Assembly (NCBI RefSeq): GCF_009914755.1
Contig: NC_060930.1
DNA length: 64,000 nt
Strand: one strand, 5' to 3'
Origin: the human T2T-CHM13v2.0 reference genome, Homo sapiens
The notes beneath the pieces are model-generated. The model was not told the origin of the DNA, did no database searches, and worked only from the letters and a program-made list of their open reading frames with translations. Below are positions 33,460-47,114 of the stretch, piece by piece; position 1 is the stretch's first letter; each line of letters starts with the position of its first letter. A program made the translations under genes and the position numbers.

Positions 33460-34500
33460 ATTTTTTAAACTTTTATTTTAGGTTCCAGAGTACGTGTGAA
33501 GGTTTGTTACATAGGTAAACTTGTGTCCAGGCGGTTTGTTGTACAGATTACTTCACCATGCAGGTATTAAGCCCGGTACCCAATAGTTATCTATTCTGCT
33601 CCTCTTCCTCCTCCCTTCACCCTCAGGTAGACCCCAATGTCTGTTGTTTTTCTCTTTGTGTTCGTAAGTTCTTATCACTTAGCTCCCACTTATAAGAGAG
33701 AATATGCAGTGTTTGGTTTTTTGTTCCTGCATTAGTTTGCTAAGGACAATAGCCTCCAGCTCCATCCATGTTCCCACAAAAGATATGATCTCATTCTTTT
33801 TTATGGCTGCATAGTATTGTATGGTGTAAATGTACCACATTTTCTTTATCCAGTCTATCATTGATGAATCTTTAGGTTGATTTCATGTCTTTTCTATTGT
33901 GAATAGTGCTGCTATGAACATTCGTGTGCATATATCTTTATGACAGAGAGATTTGTATTCCTCTGGGTATATACCAAGTAATGGGATTGCTGGATCAAAT
34001 GGTAATTCTCCTTTTAACTCTATGAGGAATTGCCATACTGCCTTCCATAATGGTTGGACTAATTTACATACCCACCAACAGTGTATAACTGTTTCCTGTT
34101 CTCCGCAATCTTGCCAGAGTCTGTTATTTTTTACTTTTTAGCAATAGCCATTCTTACTAGTGTGAGATGGTATGGCACTGTGGTTTTGATGTGCATTTCT
34201 CTAATGATCAGTGGTATTGAGCTTTTTTTCATGCTTTTTGGCCGCATGTATGTCTTCTTTTGAAAAGTGTCTGTTCATGTCCATCGTCCACATTTAATGG
34301 GGTTGTTTTTCTCTTGTAATTTTTTAAAGTTTCTTATAGATGCTGGATATTAGACCTTTGTCTAATAATTAGTTTGCAAGTATTTTCTCCCATTCTATAG
34401 GCTGTCTGTTTACTGTTAATGATTTGTTTTGCTGTGCAGAAGCTCTAAGTTTATTTAGATCTCACTTGTCAATGTTTACATGTGTTGTGATTGTTTCTGG
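33460..34500 (-). mobile_element. L1PA13/L1PREC2-like 3' end, inserted in older L1ME sequence
   Basis: gtgtgaaggtttgttacataggtaaac, gtacccaatagttat; ORF 33679-33861 is the ORF2 C-terminus. Confidence 0.88.
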
Positions 34501-36830
34501 AAATTTTTTTATTTTCTGTCTTCCTGTATGAACAGAGATCACTATGTAGACCACTGTCTATAGTTTTAACATCTAGCACAAGCCAAGAGGAACAACAGAC
34601 ACTCAGGGAATTAGTAAATAAATGATGAGTGAATAAATCAATCTATAAAATAGAAATTATGTTTTTTAACTCTGTGTCTCATATCTTACCTGACTTAACA
34701 GTTTGACTTTATTTTCATTTTTATTTTGTGGTATATGAAAGGTTTTTATTCAAGTATATGATAGTGCATTTTTTACTGTGATGTTGTCATTGCTTTTATG
34801 TTTTAGAAAACCCTTCATCGTTTAGATAAAGACAATTGTTGTACACATTTTTCCAGACTTTTATACTGATACTATTATTCTTTTTAATTGATGATAACCA
34901 AAATTTTAGGATAGAAGATATTTGAGTTTTTAGTTTAATTATTCAATGTATTAATTTGACTTTTTAATAAAATTATTCAATGTACTAATATAGCTTATTG
35001 AGATACTTCATCCTTTTCTCATTGATTTCTGGTTAGGTTAACGTTGTATTACGTTATATGGCTTTACAATATACAAAATTATTTCATGAACTGTTATTAC
35101 CAATTCTTGCTTTTGTGTTTAAATAATTAGGTTTAAACAATTTTGGATAGTTTTCTTTAGTTATGAGAGAATACAAAAGGCTCCAAGATGAAATGTGAAA
35201 ACTTTTTTGTGTTAAAAATATCACATTGTGGACATGAATGCTTTTTATTCCCAGTAAATGAAATTGTGGCTACATTTTCAATTTTTAACATTTTCAAGGT
35301 ACTGTTTAATCTACTCAGATCCCTCATTTGATAACAAATGGGGCTGTTATTGTGCATGCAGCTTCCTCACAGTGCACATGAGTGCTCTACACTTTTCCAT
35401 TTAGCTTTCCCCCTAATAGTCAGGTTAATCCTGTGCAGCTCAGCTCAACCCTTGGTGTCCAGTGCAGGTGCATTCTGCTAATGCAGATGCATCTTCCCTT
35501 TTAAAGTGAGAGAGAAATTCACTTACATTTTGAAGTTCTTTGAATAGTGTCAAACATGAAACACTTAGCCCAACTTATAAAACTACATCTGATCTGAAAT
35601 ACTCACCAAGGTCTATCCATCTTTATTTACAATAGTTTTCTTGAGTAACTAGGATTCCCCCTCCTTTACACCTCCTTTACTTCTTTTTGAATTGCTTCCT
35701 GGAAATGTTGTTTGTAAATAATGTAAAAAACTAAAAAAGAAGTTCATGAGGTGAAAGCGTAGGCCTCCAACTCTGGTTCATTGATAAGACAGTTCTCATC
35801 AAAGCTGGTGTGTGTACCCAGGGTAGGGACAGTGAGGGTGGTACGATATCATTTTCTACTGGTTAAAATAATAAATCCTGTGTTTTGAATTCTAATGCAA
35901 TATTTTTGCAACTCTGTGTTAGAATTCTTACTGAGTCGTATAACCAATTTATTTAGTGAGACCAGTTTTTTTAAATGACATAGGTGAATAAGACTTTCTT
36001 ACCTCATACCCATCTACTTTGTCTTCCATTTCCCTTAACTTGACAAGTGTTTAACATGGACACTTTCTCTCATGGGAACTTTCACGAGTTATTTGGAAGC
36101 AACCCCTCTACCTCTAACCCTTTCCCTCCATTCCTGGGAAACCCTCTACTGGAGTGTCCCAAGAGAACTGCCCTGGAATCCTTACACATACACGTACACA
36201 TACACACACGCACATGCATGCACATGGAGTAATTTAGTAGAATTATTTTTAAACAACTCTATGTATCCTAAAATTATTAGAATCATATCCCTAGTTACTG
36301 TCAGTTCCCAAACCCAACCCTTTTATTTACTTCCTCCAGTCAGCTCATTCAGTATTTTGTTTTAGATTTTTCAGGTGTCAGGCAGACACCAGTTCACCAT
36401 TCCTGCCCAAATGGCAGGGCACAAATGACAACCTCGTGGGAAAGTCTCTCTAAAGACCTCTCAGTAGCCTTGAAGTCACAGAAAAATCCCCAACTCTCTT
36501 CCATGCAGTTAGGTATGATTGTATTCACAACACCCTATGACATAGAAATAAATCTGTGGTAGTATCTTCTTTCCCTGGCCTTTCCAGTTTTATAATTTAA
36601 TAAATAGTGATGAGTGTCAAAAGAGGTTTGGGGCACCTCTTTTTCAAGCTCCTGTCTAGGTTGACTGCACTGTATTTTGTAATATGAAAACAGACCTCAG
36701 CAGAATCTGAAAATAAAATATTTCCATTCTAAAATCCTGTTTACACTATTAGGAAAAACAACTTGTGCATGAACTACAACAAAATTGAATAGTTGATTTT
36801 AAATAGATACCTAACAATATTAGCATATGG

Positions 36831-37230
36831 CGTATTAGTCTGTTCTTGCATTGCAATAAATACCTGAGAATGGGTAATTTACAAAGAAAAGATGTTTAAT
36901 TGGCTCACAGTTCTTCAGGCTACACGGGAAGCATGATTCTGGCATCTGCTTGGCTTCTGTGGAGGCCTCAGGAAAGTTACAATCACAGCTGAAGGCAAAG
37001 GGAGAGCAGTCATCTCACATGGTGGAAGCAGGAGGAAGAGAGAGAGACGGGGAGGCCCACACACTTTTAAAAGACCAGATCTCAGGAGAACTCACTCCCT
37101 GTCATGAGAACAGCACCAAGGGCAAATCTGTCCCCATGATCCAATCACCTCCCACCAGGCTCCACCTCCCACGTTGAGGACTACAATTCAACATGAGATT
37201 TGGGCAGGGAAACAGACACAAGCCATATCA
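36831..37230 (-). mobile_element. MSTA-like MaLR solo LTR
   Basis: gtattagtctgttcttgcattgc ... catgagatttgg ... ccatatca. Confidence 0.9.
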
Positions 37231-37552
37231 GTGCACTTACTTATCTCAGAAAATATGGGAGCTGTTTTTGTTTTTTTCCTCACTTGCTTTTTCTTCCTAG
37301 GATAAAGTACTCATTATGATGCATTTGGCAATGCCATTGGAAACCATGACCAAGACCTTGTAAAAGTCCTTGAGAAGATTCAGTGCTGATATTTGAGAAT
37401 TATCCTCATACTAAACGATCTGGGGTTTTTGAAGGATAATATATATCTAGCATTACAGGAGCATGAGTTCCCATCTCTCATATCTGATAGCTTATCTTCA
37501 ACATGACATTAACAAAAAGACGAAACATGAATCGACTAAAATACAGTGCTTT

Positions 37553-37628
37553 CATGTTTACCTCTGTAACAAATCTGCATGTCCTGCACATATATCCTGG
37601 AACTTAAAATAAAATTTAAAAATAAAAT
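37553..37628 (+). mobile_element. Extremely 5'-truncated L1PA 3' tip (about 75 bp)
   Basis: tgtttacctctgtaacaaatctgcatgtcctgcaca..ggaacttaaaataaaa; 15-bp TSD aaaat(a/g)cagtgc(t/c)tt. Confidence 0.85.
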
Positions 37629-37832
37629 AAAATGCAGTGCCTTTAAAAGGCTCATTGAAGATACCGAATAGTTAAGGGAGATAGCCTACTTGGTTTTAAT
37701 TTTCATTTATATTTTTTCCAAGCTTTATATGTTATCATTATTCTATGTTAGTTTTTTAGAAAGCAAAACACCTGGATCATAAATTCTCAGCTCTCTCAAG
37801 AGATGATAGCATTAAGACTATAATTTTATTTA

Positions 37833-38120
<288 letters not shown>

Positions 38121-38569
38121 AAAGACCATTGTTTTATCTATACACATGTATGACTTATTTTACCTTATGCTTCTTTGTGTAACATACCTCAAATCCTTTT
38201 CAAAATGTATGGGGAAAATATGTGAATAAAATATTGTGACCATCATTTTGGAACAGTTTATCAGCACTTATTTATAATCTCTTCCAAATAAAATTTCACC
38301 ATGTTTAATATAATTTAAAATACACAGGTCTGATTTAATTATAAAAATAAGTTTTCTAATAAATGTGACAGGACTAATTTTTCTAATGATAATTTTACAT
38401 TTCATAGTCAATATCAAACTGTTCTCTAATTTTATTACCCAAAATTATTCGATAAGAAGGCCTTAGAATATCAACAAACTTGAAGTATGTAGATCTTGAG
38501 ACTGTTTTTTGAATTGATCCCCCAAGATTTATATCCTCGTTAGTTGCTTTCCTCAAAACACAATGTGTA

Positions 38570-38735
38570 GGTAGCTATGGAAGATGGAAGTCTTCCGGGC
38601 ACTACAAATTCCAAGTTACCATAAGCACTAGAGAAATTAAATAGTTCAGGAATTTCCTAGGAACTCTAATTTCCAAGTTACCATTAGCAACAGAGAAACA
38701 AAATGAATTTGGGTACTTTTGCTGACCAATCGTCA
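38570..38735. promoter_or_regulatory. Candidate promoter-like motif cluster (RFX X-box, ETS, ZNF143/THAP11-like, CCAAT) within a 62-bp tandem duplication
   Basis: cttccgg 38592-38598; actacaaattcc 38601-38612; gttaccattagcaac 38677-38691; gaccaatcg 38724-38732. Motif evidence only. Confidence 0.35.
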
Positions 38736-38873
38736 CAGCACTATTAAGGACATTGCATTTTTCATGATGATATTTAATATCTTAGCACTGTATGAGACTA
38801 AAAATGATGAAATTTTAAAAATATGAAAAAGGAAGTCTAGAAATATGAATTGCATTAAATGTTTCTAAACTAA

Positions 38874-39363
<490 letters not shown>

Positions 39364-40093
39364 AGAAGGTTACTTTTATATTTGCTTTTGAGTTGCCAGA
39401 GCCCCACAGAATACAAAAACTAAGTTAAAGTCAAAGGAAATAGTTTTTCAGACAGAAAGAACTACTCTATATACTTTATACTCTAGGTACAATCCTGGTG
39501 ATATATTCAAATAGGTGGCCCATGTAATGGGGTTGTTAAGACACTTATTCCTGGGCAAAGGAGGAGATATAATGTTCAGAAGCTGATATTTTAAAATTAC
39601 TTTATCTATTTTATATAAAGAATGTAAATGGTTATCTGTATTACTAAAATTATGAGTTTGCAGTTTTCTTTTGCAGCAACCTTCACTCTGAATTTCTAGT
39701 TCCTGTTTTTGTGAAACAACAAAAAGGAAAATGCCTTGGCGTTTTGGATGGAGAATGCTCATCACAGCTCTGAGTCTTGCAAGAACTCTGAATTGGGAGT
39801 CTAGCAACCCTGGGCAGATCATCAAACTTCTCAGAGCACAATATTTTTTTCTACTTACAAAAGATATGAAGTTAAAAATGCAGTTACCAATCTCAACAAG
39901 ATGAAGATACATATGGTAATAGATACATGACAATGGAAACAAATTATTTTTCTCTTATTTCAAAAAACATGAAATCCTCTCCTCTTTTCAGAGTATAGTA
40001 ATGATCATTTATTGGTGGAAAACAGTGAAAGTTTATATAGTCTTTTTCTATTCATTACCTCAACTTATTTTTATGTGAAATCTGCCAGTTGAA

Positions 40094-40440
40094 TGTCTTA
40101 TTCCATTTGTACTGCTACAACGAAATATCATAAAATGAGTGGCTTATAAACAATGGAAATTTGCTTCTCACAGTTCTGGTGGCTGAGAAGTCCAAGATAA
40201 AGGCACCAGAAGATTCATTGTCTGGTGAGAGCCCACTTCCTGGTTCTTAGAACAATGCATTTGCACTGTGCCCTCACATGGGGGAAAGGACAAGGCAGCT
40301 CTCTAGAGCCTCTTTTATAAGGACACTAATCCTGTTCAACAGGGCTCTGCCCTCATGATCTAGTCACCTCCCAATGGCCCCACTTTATACTATCATCACA
40401 TTAGGGATTAGATTTAGAACAACACATTCAGATCACAGCA
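40094..40440 (-). mobile_element. MLT1A/MLT1A0-like LTR
   Basis: ggcttataaacaa, ctcacagttctgg..gctgagaagtccaagat, acacattcagatcacagca. Confidence 0.85.
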
Positions 40441-40479
40441 TTAGGTAAAATAAGCAATCTTTTTCCTAGATAAGAAAAA

Positions 40480-40610
40480 ACACATTTTACTGATAAGAAA
40501 AGAGGCTTGAAAGTTTAAGAAGATTGTCCAGAGCCAATGAATGGGAGAATTTAATCTTTCATTCTGATTTTATCCCACTAAGTTAAGAGCTCTTTCCTCT
40601 ATATCACGTT
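40480..40610 (-). mobile_element. MIR fragment
   Basis: cattttactgataagaaaagaggct. Confidence 0.5.
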
Positions 40611-40620
40611 ACATAATCTA

Positions 40621-40800
40621 GAGTTTTATTTTTACTCAAACATCAATAACATCCATAATTTGGTAAATTTTTTAATTCTCCCTTTGTGATTTACATTAAT
40701 AAAAAGATGTTCTTCATTTTAGAAAAGCAATACATCAAAGCCTGGCCTTACTGAGGGTGTATGTATGTGATGGTATATGTAGTAGATACTAAATACATTC
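40621..40800 (+). repeat. Local low-copy repeat, copy 1 (partial)
   Basis: Aligns with 44254-44417 and with the reverse complement of 41425-41605. Confidence 0.9.
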
Positions 40801-41284
40801 TATAGGTTTTATAGAGTTAGCAATACAGATATAGGCTACGTTGACATTTTCAGTCACTTGGAAACTCTTGCTGTGCCATACAACTCAATGGATTTTCTGG
40901 GATGAAAGATTAAAAACCTACCACACTCATTAATTTCTTGTAGTGAATGTTCAAAGTACCAGAACCTGTCATGAAGGAATTTGAATAGAAGATGATAATT
41001 TTTTATCATTTGTTACTTTTCTAATCTGTTTTAAAATGAAATAAATAAAATCTTATGAATGAAAGCTTGACAATTTCATGGAAAAAAAAAAGCAGCATTC
41101 ATCATGATTTGTCCAAAATTAGGGACTCTTCTACCAGGAAGTGGTTAAGTACTAAAGGATCAGCGATTATTATTCACAAAGTAAAGTACAGTCTGTTCAC
41201 AGATGTTTGAAGTGGGAAGACGAGAGAAAGAAAGGTTGATTCTCCTTAATTCCATTTCTTTACATTTCATTTCAATCTCCTTTT

Positions 41285-41605
41285 GTGGCCTGACTTTCAT
41301 GTGCACATTTTCTGAGAGGCCTGATACATCTTTAGAATACTATTGGAAGGTAATTTTTAAAATTAGAGATGTTGTGTGTTTTTTCAGTACTAATGGGTAC
41401 TTTTGTTGAGTGACTAACCTCTTGAATGTATTTAGTATCCATCACAGATACCATCACAATTACATACACTCTCAGTAAGGCCAAATTTTGATGTGTTGTT
41501 TTTATAGAATAAAGAACATCTTTTTTATTAATGTAAATCACAAAGTGAGAATAAGAAATTTACCAAATTATGGATATTGTTGAAGTTTGAATAAAAATAA
41601 AACTC
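41285..41605 (-). repeat. Local low-copy repeat, copy 2 (inverted)
   Basis: Reverse complement aligns end to end with 44254-44554. Confidence 0.9.
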
Positions 41606-42230
41606 TTTTTTTGTTTGTTTCTCTCTCTTATTTATTTATTTATTCATCTATTTGTTTTTGCAGCTTACTGGTCTGACAGGCTGGGAAGTAAAGTCTCCAA
41701 CCAGAAGCCAGAAACAGGCACTTCCAAAACATATATTTTGATTTGTTACTGGCTATATATGCAGAAGGCACATATCCTGGGTAGGTAGTCTTAATTCCCA
41801 CACTGTGAGTTTAAAAATGAGCCACCCCTACCCAAAATTACTATGGGAATTCCATTTAAGGGTAAGTAGCCATACTTTGGGAGGGGAGGAAGTCAAGTCT
41901 AGTTTTAACAAAAAAACAAAAAACTCTAGGATAAGATCTTATTGGAAACTTGTACGTCATCTTTCTGCATTTCCAGGCACCATCATTGCATGTCTACCTT
42001 CTACCTGTTCCCAGCTACCCACTCCCTCCCATACATTCCAGTCCCTACACCCCTGTCCCCACCTCCAACTACACTGGATCACAAAGATCTGTTCTCTGCT
42101 CCTCCCATGCTTTAAATCACTTTTACTTTGACACCACTTCACTGTCTTGTTGAAAATCTCCCAACCCTTATCAAGAATAAAATTTTCTATAGTATCACTG
42201 GATTCTAGCAGTGGTTCCAATATTCTCCTA

Positions 42231-42981
42231 TTTTTTTTCACAAGCAATGCAACACCTTTTTTTATTTTTCACAGTTATTGAAATCAGTCAAATATTAAAT
42301 AATTTAATTCAGAAGTATTATTTATGCAAACAAACTACACTTATAACAGCACGACCTTTTACCTGAAAAATAAAGGATAAAGTATTATATTTACTTATTT
42401 ACATATTGCCCATAACACTGATGGGCTTTTTTTTTATGCTTTGTTTTCTAAAAGTTGTACTGTTTTTAAACAAACAAAAATAGATTTGAAAAGACTGAAC
42501 CAAAACAGTGCTACCTAAAAGTCAAATCTTGTTATCAGACATCAGGGTCCTTATAACAATTCAACTAATAAGATTTAAGATTTAACTTCATCCCAAAGTA
42601 TCAGAACATTAAAAAAAAACACACACACACAGTCTCAATGTACCTATTTAAATAAATCCGCAACCTTTGTGGGAATGACTATAGGTGAAATGTAAGTTAC
42701 ACAGAACCAGGGTTGGCTTTATGTAAAAGCTAGTGACCTAAATAGAAAATGAACTTTACCTTAAGAGAAGTTGTTTGTACAGTGGGGAATGCTTATGACT
42801 TACTTCAAACTATTTCCCAAAATACGTGCATTTATTTTGACAATACAACTTAAGGCTCTTCATGGCAAGGCCTTGAAAAGTTACTTAAGAGGAAAAATGT
42901 CTAAAGGAAGAGATTCAATTAGTTTACATTAATTATTCAGTGTTGTGAGTAAATAAAAATTTGTGCTCTTTACTGTTTTTC
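42231..42981 (-). pseudogene. Probable processed (3'UTR-only) retrocopy of an unidentified mRNA, possibly with a 5' inversion
   Basis: Minus strand reads AATAAA, about 22 nt, then A8; sequence is non-repeat, AU-rich and UTR-like; candidate TSD attct(c/t)cta at 42222 and 42982. Confidence 0.55.
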
Positions 42982-44170
42982 ATTCTTCTACTATTAATGG
43001 GAAGAATTCTTAAAATGTTACTCTCTTCAAACTGTCTTTCACTTGGATTTAACAGATTTCTCAGATATTTGTTTTAAAGAAATTAATATTATCCTCAGTG
43101 AACATGCTGAACATCCAGTCCCTTCAACTGTAAAAGGTCTTTCTCTGAAGGTGACAGATGGAAGCCATTACAGCCAAGGATTTAGACCCTGAGGGATGGT
43201 GCATGGAGCTGGTGCTTCAAGATCTAAACGTGGTGCCAACAATGCCAGCTATGGGACCTTATCCTTCTCGACAGAATTAACACTGTGATCATTCAGGTAC
43301 ATTTGATTTGCTTTTTTATCTCCTCCCCCAGTGGGCTATTTTCTGTGTCTAAAGATGTGCTCATGTATTTTTAAAATGATTCTTGGTAGCCAATCACGAT
43401 TCTATTTCTATATTTGTCATGGCTTAACCTTATCTAACACCATGATTCTACTTTACTAATTCTTTAAATGCAAATCATTTGGTATTCAGATCCTGGATGA
43501 GTAAATGAGAATATTGTGAGAGAAAATTATGGGTGGGTGATCAAAACTGAAGTTTCAGGCAATTCCTTTAAATTATTTCATCTGTACAGTAGAAATAATT
43601 ATTGATTCTGCCTATGTTTAAGGCTGGCTCTGTTTTAGGTTATAAGAGAAAATAGACATTTCTCCATATAATAAAATGTTTATTGAGTCCTAGCAAATTT
43701 CAGAAATGTCCCTCCAGAATGTGGTTCTTCCAAACTATACTCATGACCACTCTCCCACTTCAGTCACTGAATGCTTGGTAAATTTGAAGCACCTTTTTGA
43801 ATAATCAATATTTTCAAATAAAGAAAAATGACAATCAAGCGATTTAATGAGAGGAAAAGCTATAATAAAAACATATTATTGCTTTGGTGTTCTGCCTTAT
43901 GTATGAAGAAAGAGGATCTTCTGACACCTGTAAATATTTCCAGTGCTATAATCTAATGCTATGGTTACACAGCAGATAAGTTATTTGATGAGGCAGCCAG
44001 CATCACTAAATGTCATTTGTTAAAGACCAGTCATAAAACAATATTTATTTAATCACATATGAATTTTAAGATCATTAAATGTCTTTAATTCATATCATTT
44101 GCCAGAAAAGGAAAAGTGCAAACAAAAAAGAATAAAATTCTTATAATTTGGCTTTACCTAGCCTATAATA

Positions 44171-44216
44171 TTAGGTTGGTGCAAAAGTAATTGCAGTTTT
44201 CGCCATTACTTTTAAT
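44171..44216. mobile_element. Half of a MADE1 (mariner MITE)
   Basis: ta|ttaggttggtgcaaaagtaattgcagttttcgccattactttt; second arm absent. Confidence 0.85.
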
Positions 44217-44253
44217 AAATAAGAAAAAGAAAATGAAATAAAATACACAATAT

Positions 44254-44554
44254 AGTTTTATTTGTATTCAAACTTCAACAACATCCATAATTCGGTAATT
44301 TTTTTCTCCCTTTGTGATTTACATTAATAAAAAAGGTGTTCTTCATTCTAGAAAAGCAACACATCAAAATTTCGCCTTACTGAGGGTGTTTATATGTGAT
44401 GGATACTAAATACATTCAATAGATTAGTCACCCAACAAAAGTACCCTACCGTATTGCAAAAACACAAAGCATCTCTATTTTAAAAATTAACTTCCAACAG
44501 TATTCTAAGCATATATCAGGCTCTCTGAAAATGTGCACATGAAAGTCAGGCCAC
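44254..44554 (+). repeat. Local low-copy repeat, copy 3
   Basis: agttttatttgtattcaaacttcaacaacatccataa ... atgtgcacatgaaagtcaggccac. Confidence 0.9.
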
Positions 44555-46590
44555 TGACTTGAAGCCATCCATCCTGTCTAGTGATTTCTTGAGAAAAAAA
44601 TGTTAAACGCAGATTCAATGTCTTTAATGGAAGCATTGCCTTTCATAGATCTGATCTATTTTTTCCTGTGTCGATTTTGGTCAGTTGTATTTTTCTGCAA
44701 ATGCCTCCACTTCAAATAAAGTTACAATTTTTTTGTCATAAAATTCTATCAGCTCTTTGTGGTCTCATCAACATCCGTGGGGTCTTTGAAGTATCCTTCC
44801 CATTTATAAGTGACTATTAATTTTCTCTATCTGTGTTACATTTTACTAACATAGTCTCTTATTATTTCCTTCCATCTACTTCTTTGCATTTAACTTACAA
44901 TTATTTTTCTAACTCCCTGAGATGGATGCTCATATGGCTGATTTTCTTTCATCCTTTTCTAATGTATGCATTTACCATTATAAATTTCTATGGTTTGAGA
45001 TTAATTCAACCAATTGTGATATGTAATAACTTGCAATAATTTCATTATTATTTATTACAAATGATTTTACTATTTCACTTGTGACTTCATTGATGCATGG
45101 AATATTGTTTAATTTTTAAACATTTGAAGATTTTACAATTATTTTTGTTACCTTACTTCATTGTGGTTAGAATATGTGCAATATTATTTCAACCCTTTAA
45201 CATTTGCTAAATTCCATTTACATCTACCTGAAAAAAAACTCTAGGTTTTGAGTGTTGTGTTCTTAATATAGAAATTAGTTGTTTCATTGTTTGCTTGTTC
45301 AAATCTTCCTTATCCGTAGTGATTCTTTAATTTTTATGAAAGTGATACATTAAAAGTCTAACAAAATGTTTGTGGGCTTATCTATTTTTTGTCTAGTTCT
45401 TTACTTTTATAATATATGTATTTTGAACATACATTTTTCTGTAAAGGACTGGATAATAACAATTGTATGCTTTGTGGTACATATAGTTTTTGTTGCGACT
45501 ACTTAACTCTGCCATCTAGCATAAACACAACCATGTATAATATATAAAAATAAATTGGTGTGCCTGTGTTGTAATAAAAATTTATTTATAAAAACAGGAG
45601 ATGGAGCACAGTTCACATGTTGCTGGTGTATACTACTAGGGCATGTACATTTTTAATAAGGCTTTTGGATTTAAAGTCAATTTTATCTGAAATTATATAA
45701 TAACACCATTTGGGGAGACGGGTAATGGATGAGGCGAGATAGTGTTTGCTTGCTATAAGACGATGTTTTCTTGGTGTATCTTTATTGTAGTCTCTTTATT
45801 CTCATTTTTCTCTTCTATTACTTTAAGGTATGTCTCACATAAGCTGTACATAATTGGCTTTGTTTTGTTCAATGGGTCTGTGAGTTTTACACTTTTACTT
45901 GGAGCATTTACTCCTTAATATTTAATGGAATTATTGAAATATTTGAGTCTGTATCTCCTGTATTACCATTTGCCTTTTATTTTTCCTATTTGTTTTACAT
46001 TGTCTTTTCTCTCTTGTCTAGTTTCTTTTGAAATAATCAAATAATATTTTTCAATCTTCGGCTTTATTTTCTTGTCATTTGTACATTCCTTTACTATTCT
46101 TTAGTGGTTGCTCTAAAGATTACAACATAAAATCTTGATTTATTAGCACCTATTACAGATTAGTACTTTTATTACTTCTCAGACAACATAAGGATTTTAA
46201 AACATTTTAATTACCTTAGCCCGATCTCATATTTGCACTATTTTTGACATATTTAATCAAATTTTTAACTTTGATGACACTTTCCTTATTATTCTGCACA
46301 ATTAAAATTTATTTAAATTTATCTGCATATTTACTATGTATTCTGCTGTCTATTCATTCCTCTGTTTGTTTATGTCTGGAAACATTCATCTTTTCCTCAA
46401 AAACATCCGTAAGCATTTATTTTAATTCTAGTCTGTTCATTGAAAATTTTCTCTATTTTTGTTTGTCCGAAACTTTTTAATTTTATTTCCATATTTGGAG
46501 GATATTTTTGCCAGTTTTCTAACACTAAGTTAGTAACTTTTATTTCATAATTTTAAATAAATTATTTGATTTTCTTCTGGATTTCTTTTG
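44555..46590 (-). mobile_element. Ancient L1M(E) ORF2 and upstream fragments
   Basis: tgaagccatc, gattcaatgtctttaat, tggagcatttactcc, tttttgtttgtccgaaa. Confidence 0.6.
45425..45620 (+). mobile_element. MER58A (hAT-Charlie)
   Basis: acatttttctgtaaagg, caactact-like ttgcgactacttaactctgccat, aataaaaatttatttataaaaacagg. Confidence 0.75.
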
Positions 46591-46749
46591 TGTTTTTCAT
46601 TTTTTATAATTCATTATATTAATACTTTCAGTTTATTAAGAGAAATAATCTCACCCTTCACTTTTAATTAACACAAGCTTATACAGAGATTTAAAAACTA
46701 GAATGTTTTGGCCCATATACTTGTAAAGTAATCAGTGAAATGGGCCTGG

Positions 46750-47085
46750 ATCTAGGGCACAATTGTTACCACAGGAACTCTCCATCTCTCAGTTTTAATT
46801 CTTTCTGTGTTAAGCTACATTTTCTTTTTCTTAATATGGTACAAAAGGGAGGAATTCTCATAGATGTCTCAGACTAGAATATCTCCATAGAGTCAGTAAT
46901 TAAGCCTCCTTCTTTTTCCTAGCACTCTGGAGGACTTCAATCAACTTTATATGTGTTCTGTGGCAGTTTCTGGGTCATTCACTGTACCAGAGTGATGATG
47001 TAATGACATAGTTGGATAGGGCTGGATTACATGTTCATTCAATGTCTTTGGAAGAGAGGTTCTGCAAAGGAATGGGTATAGTATT
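46750..47085 (-). mobile_element. ERVL/HERV16-like internal fragment
   Basis: Resembles antisense ERVL pol sequence (tgatgatgtaatgacat, ctgtggcagtttctgggtc); highly diverged. Confidence 0.35.
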
Positions 47086-47114
47086 ATACTATATTAAAAA
47101 GGAAACTGGCTTAT

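Noticed and set aside
37260-37400. Strong-looking splice acceptor (…ttttcttcctag at 37300)
   Set aside because: No matching donor or open coding exon identified; a lncRNA exon cannot be supported from sequence alone.
39448-39942. 164-aa ORF in non-repeat sequence
   Set aside because: Non-ATG start, no recognisable domain, composition typical of AT-rich noncoding DNA.
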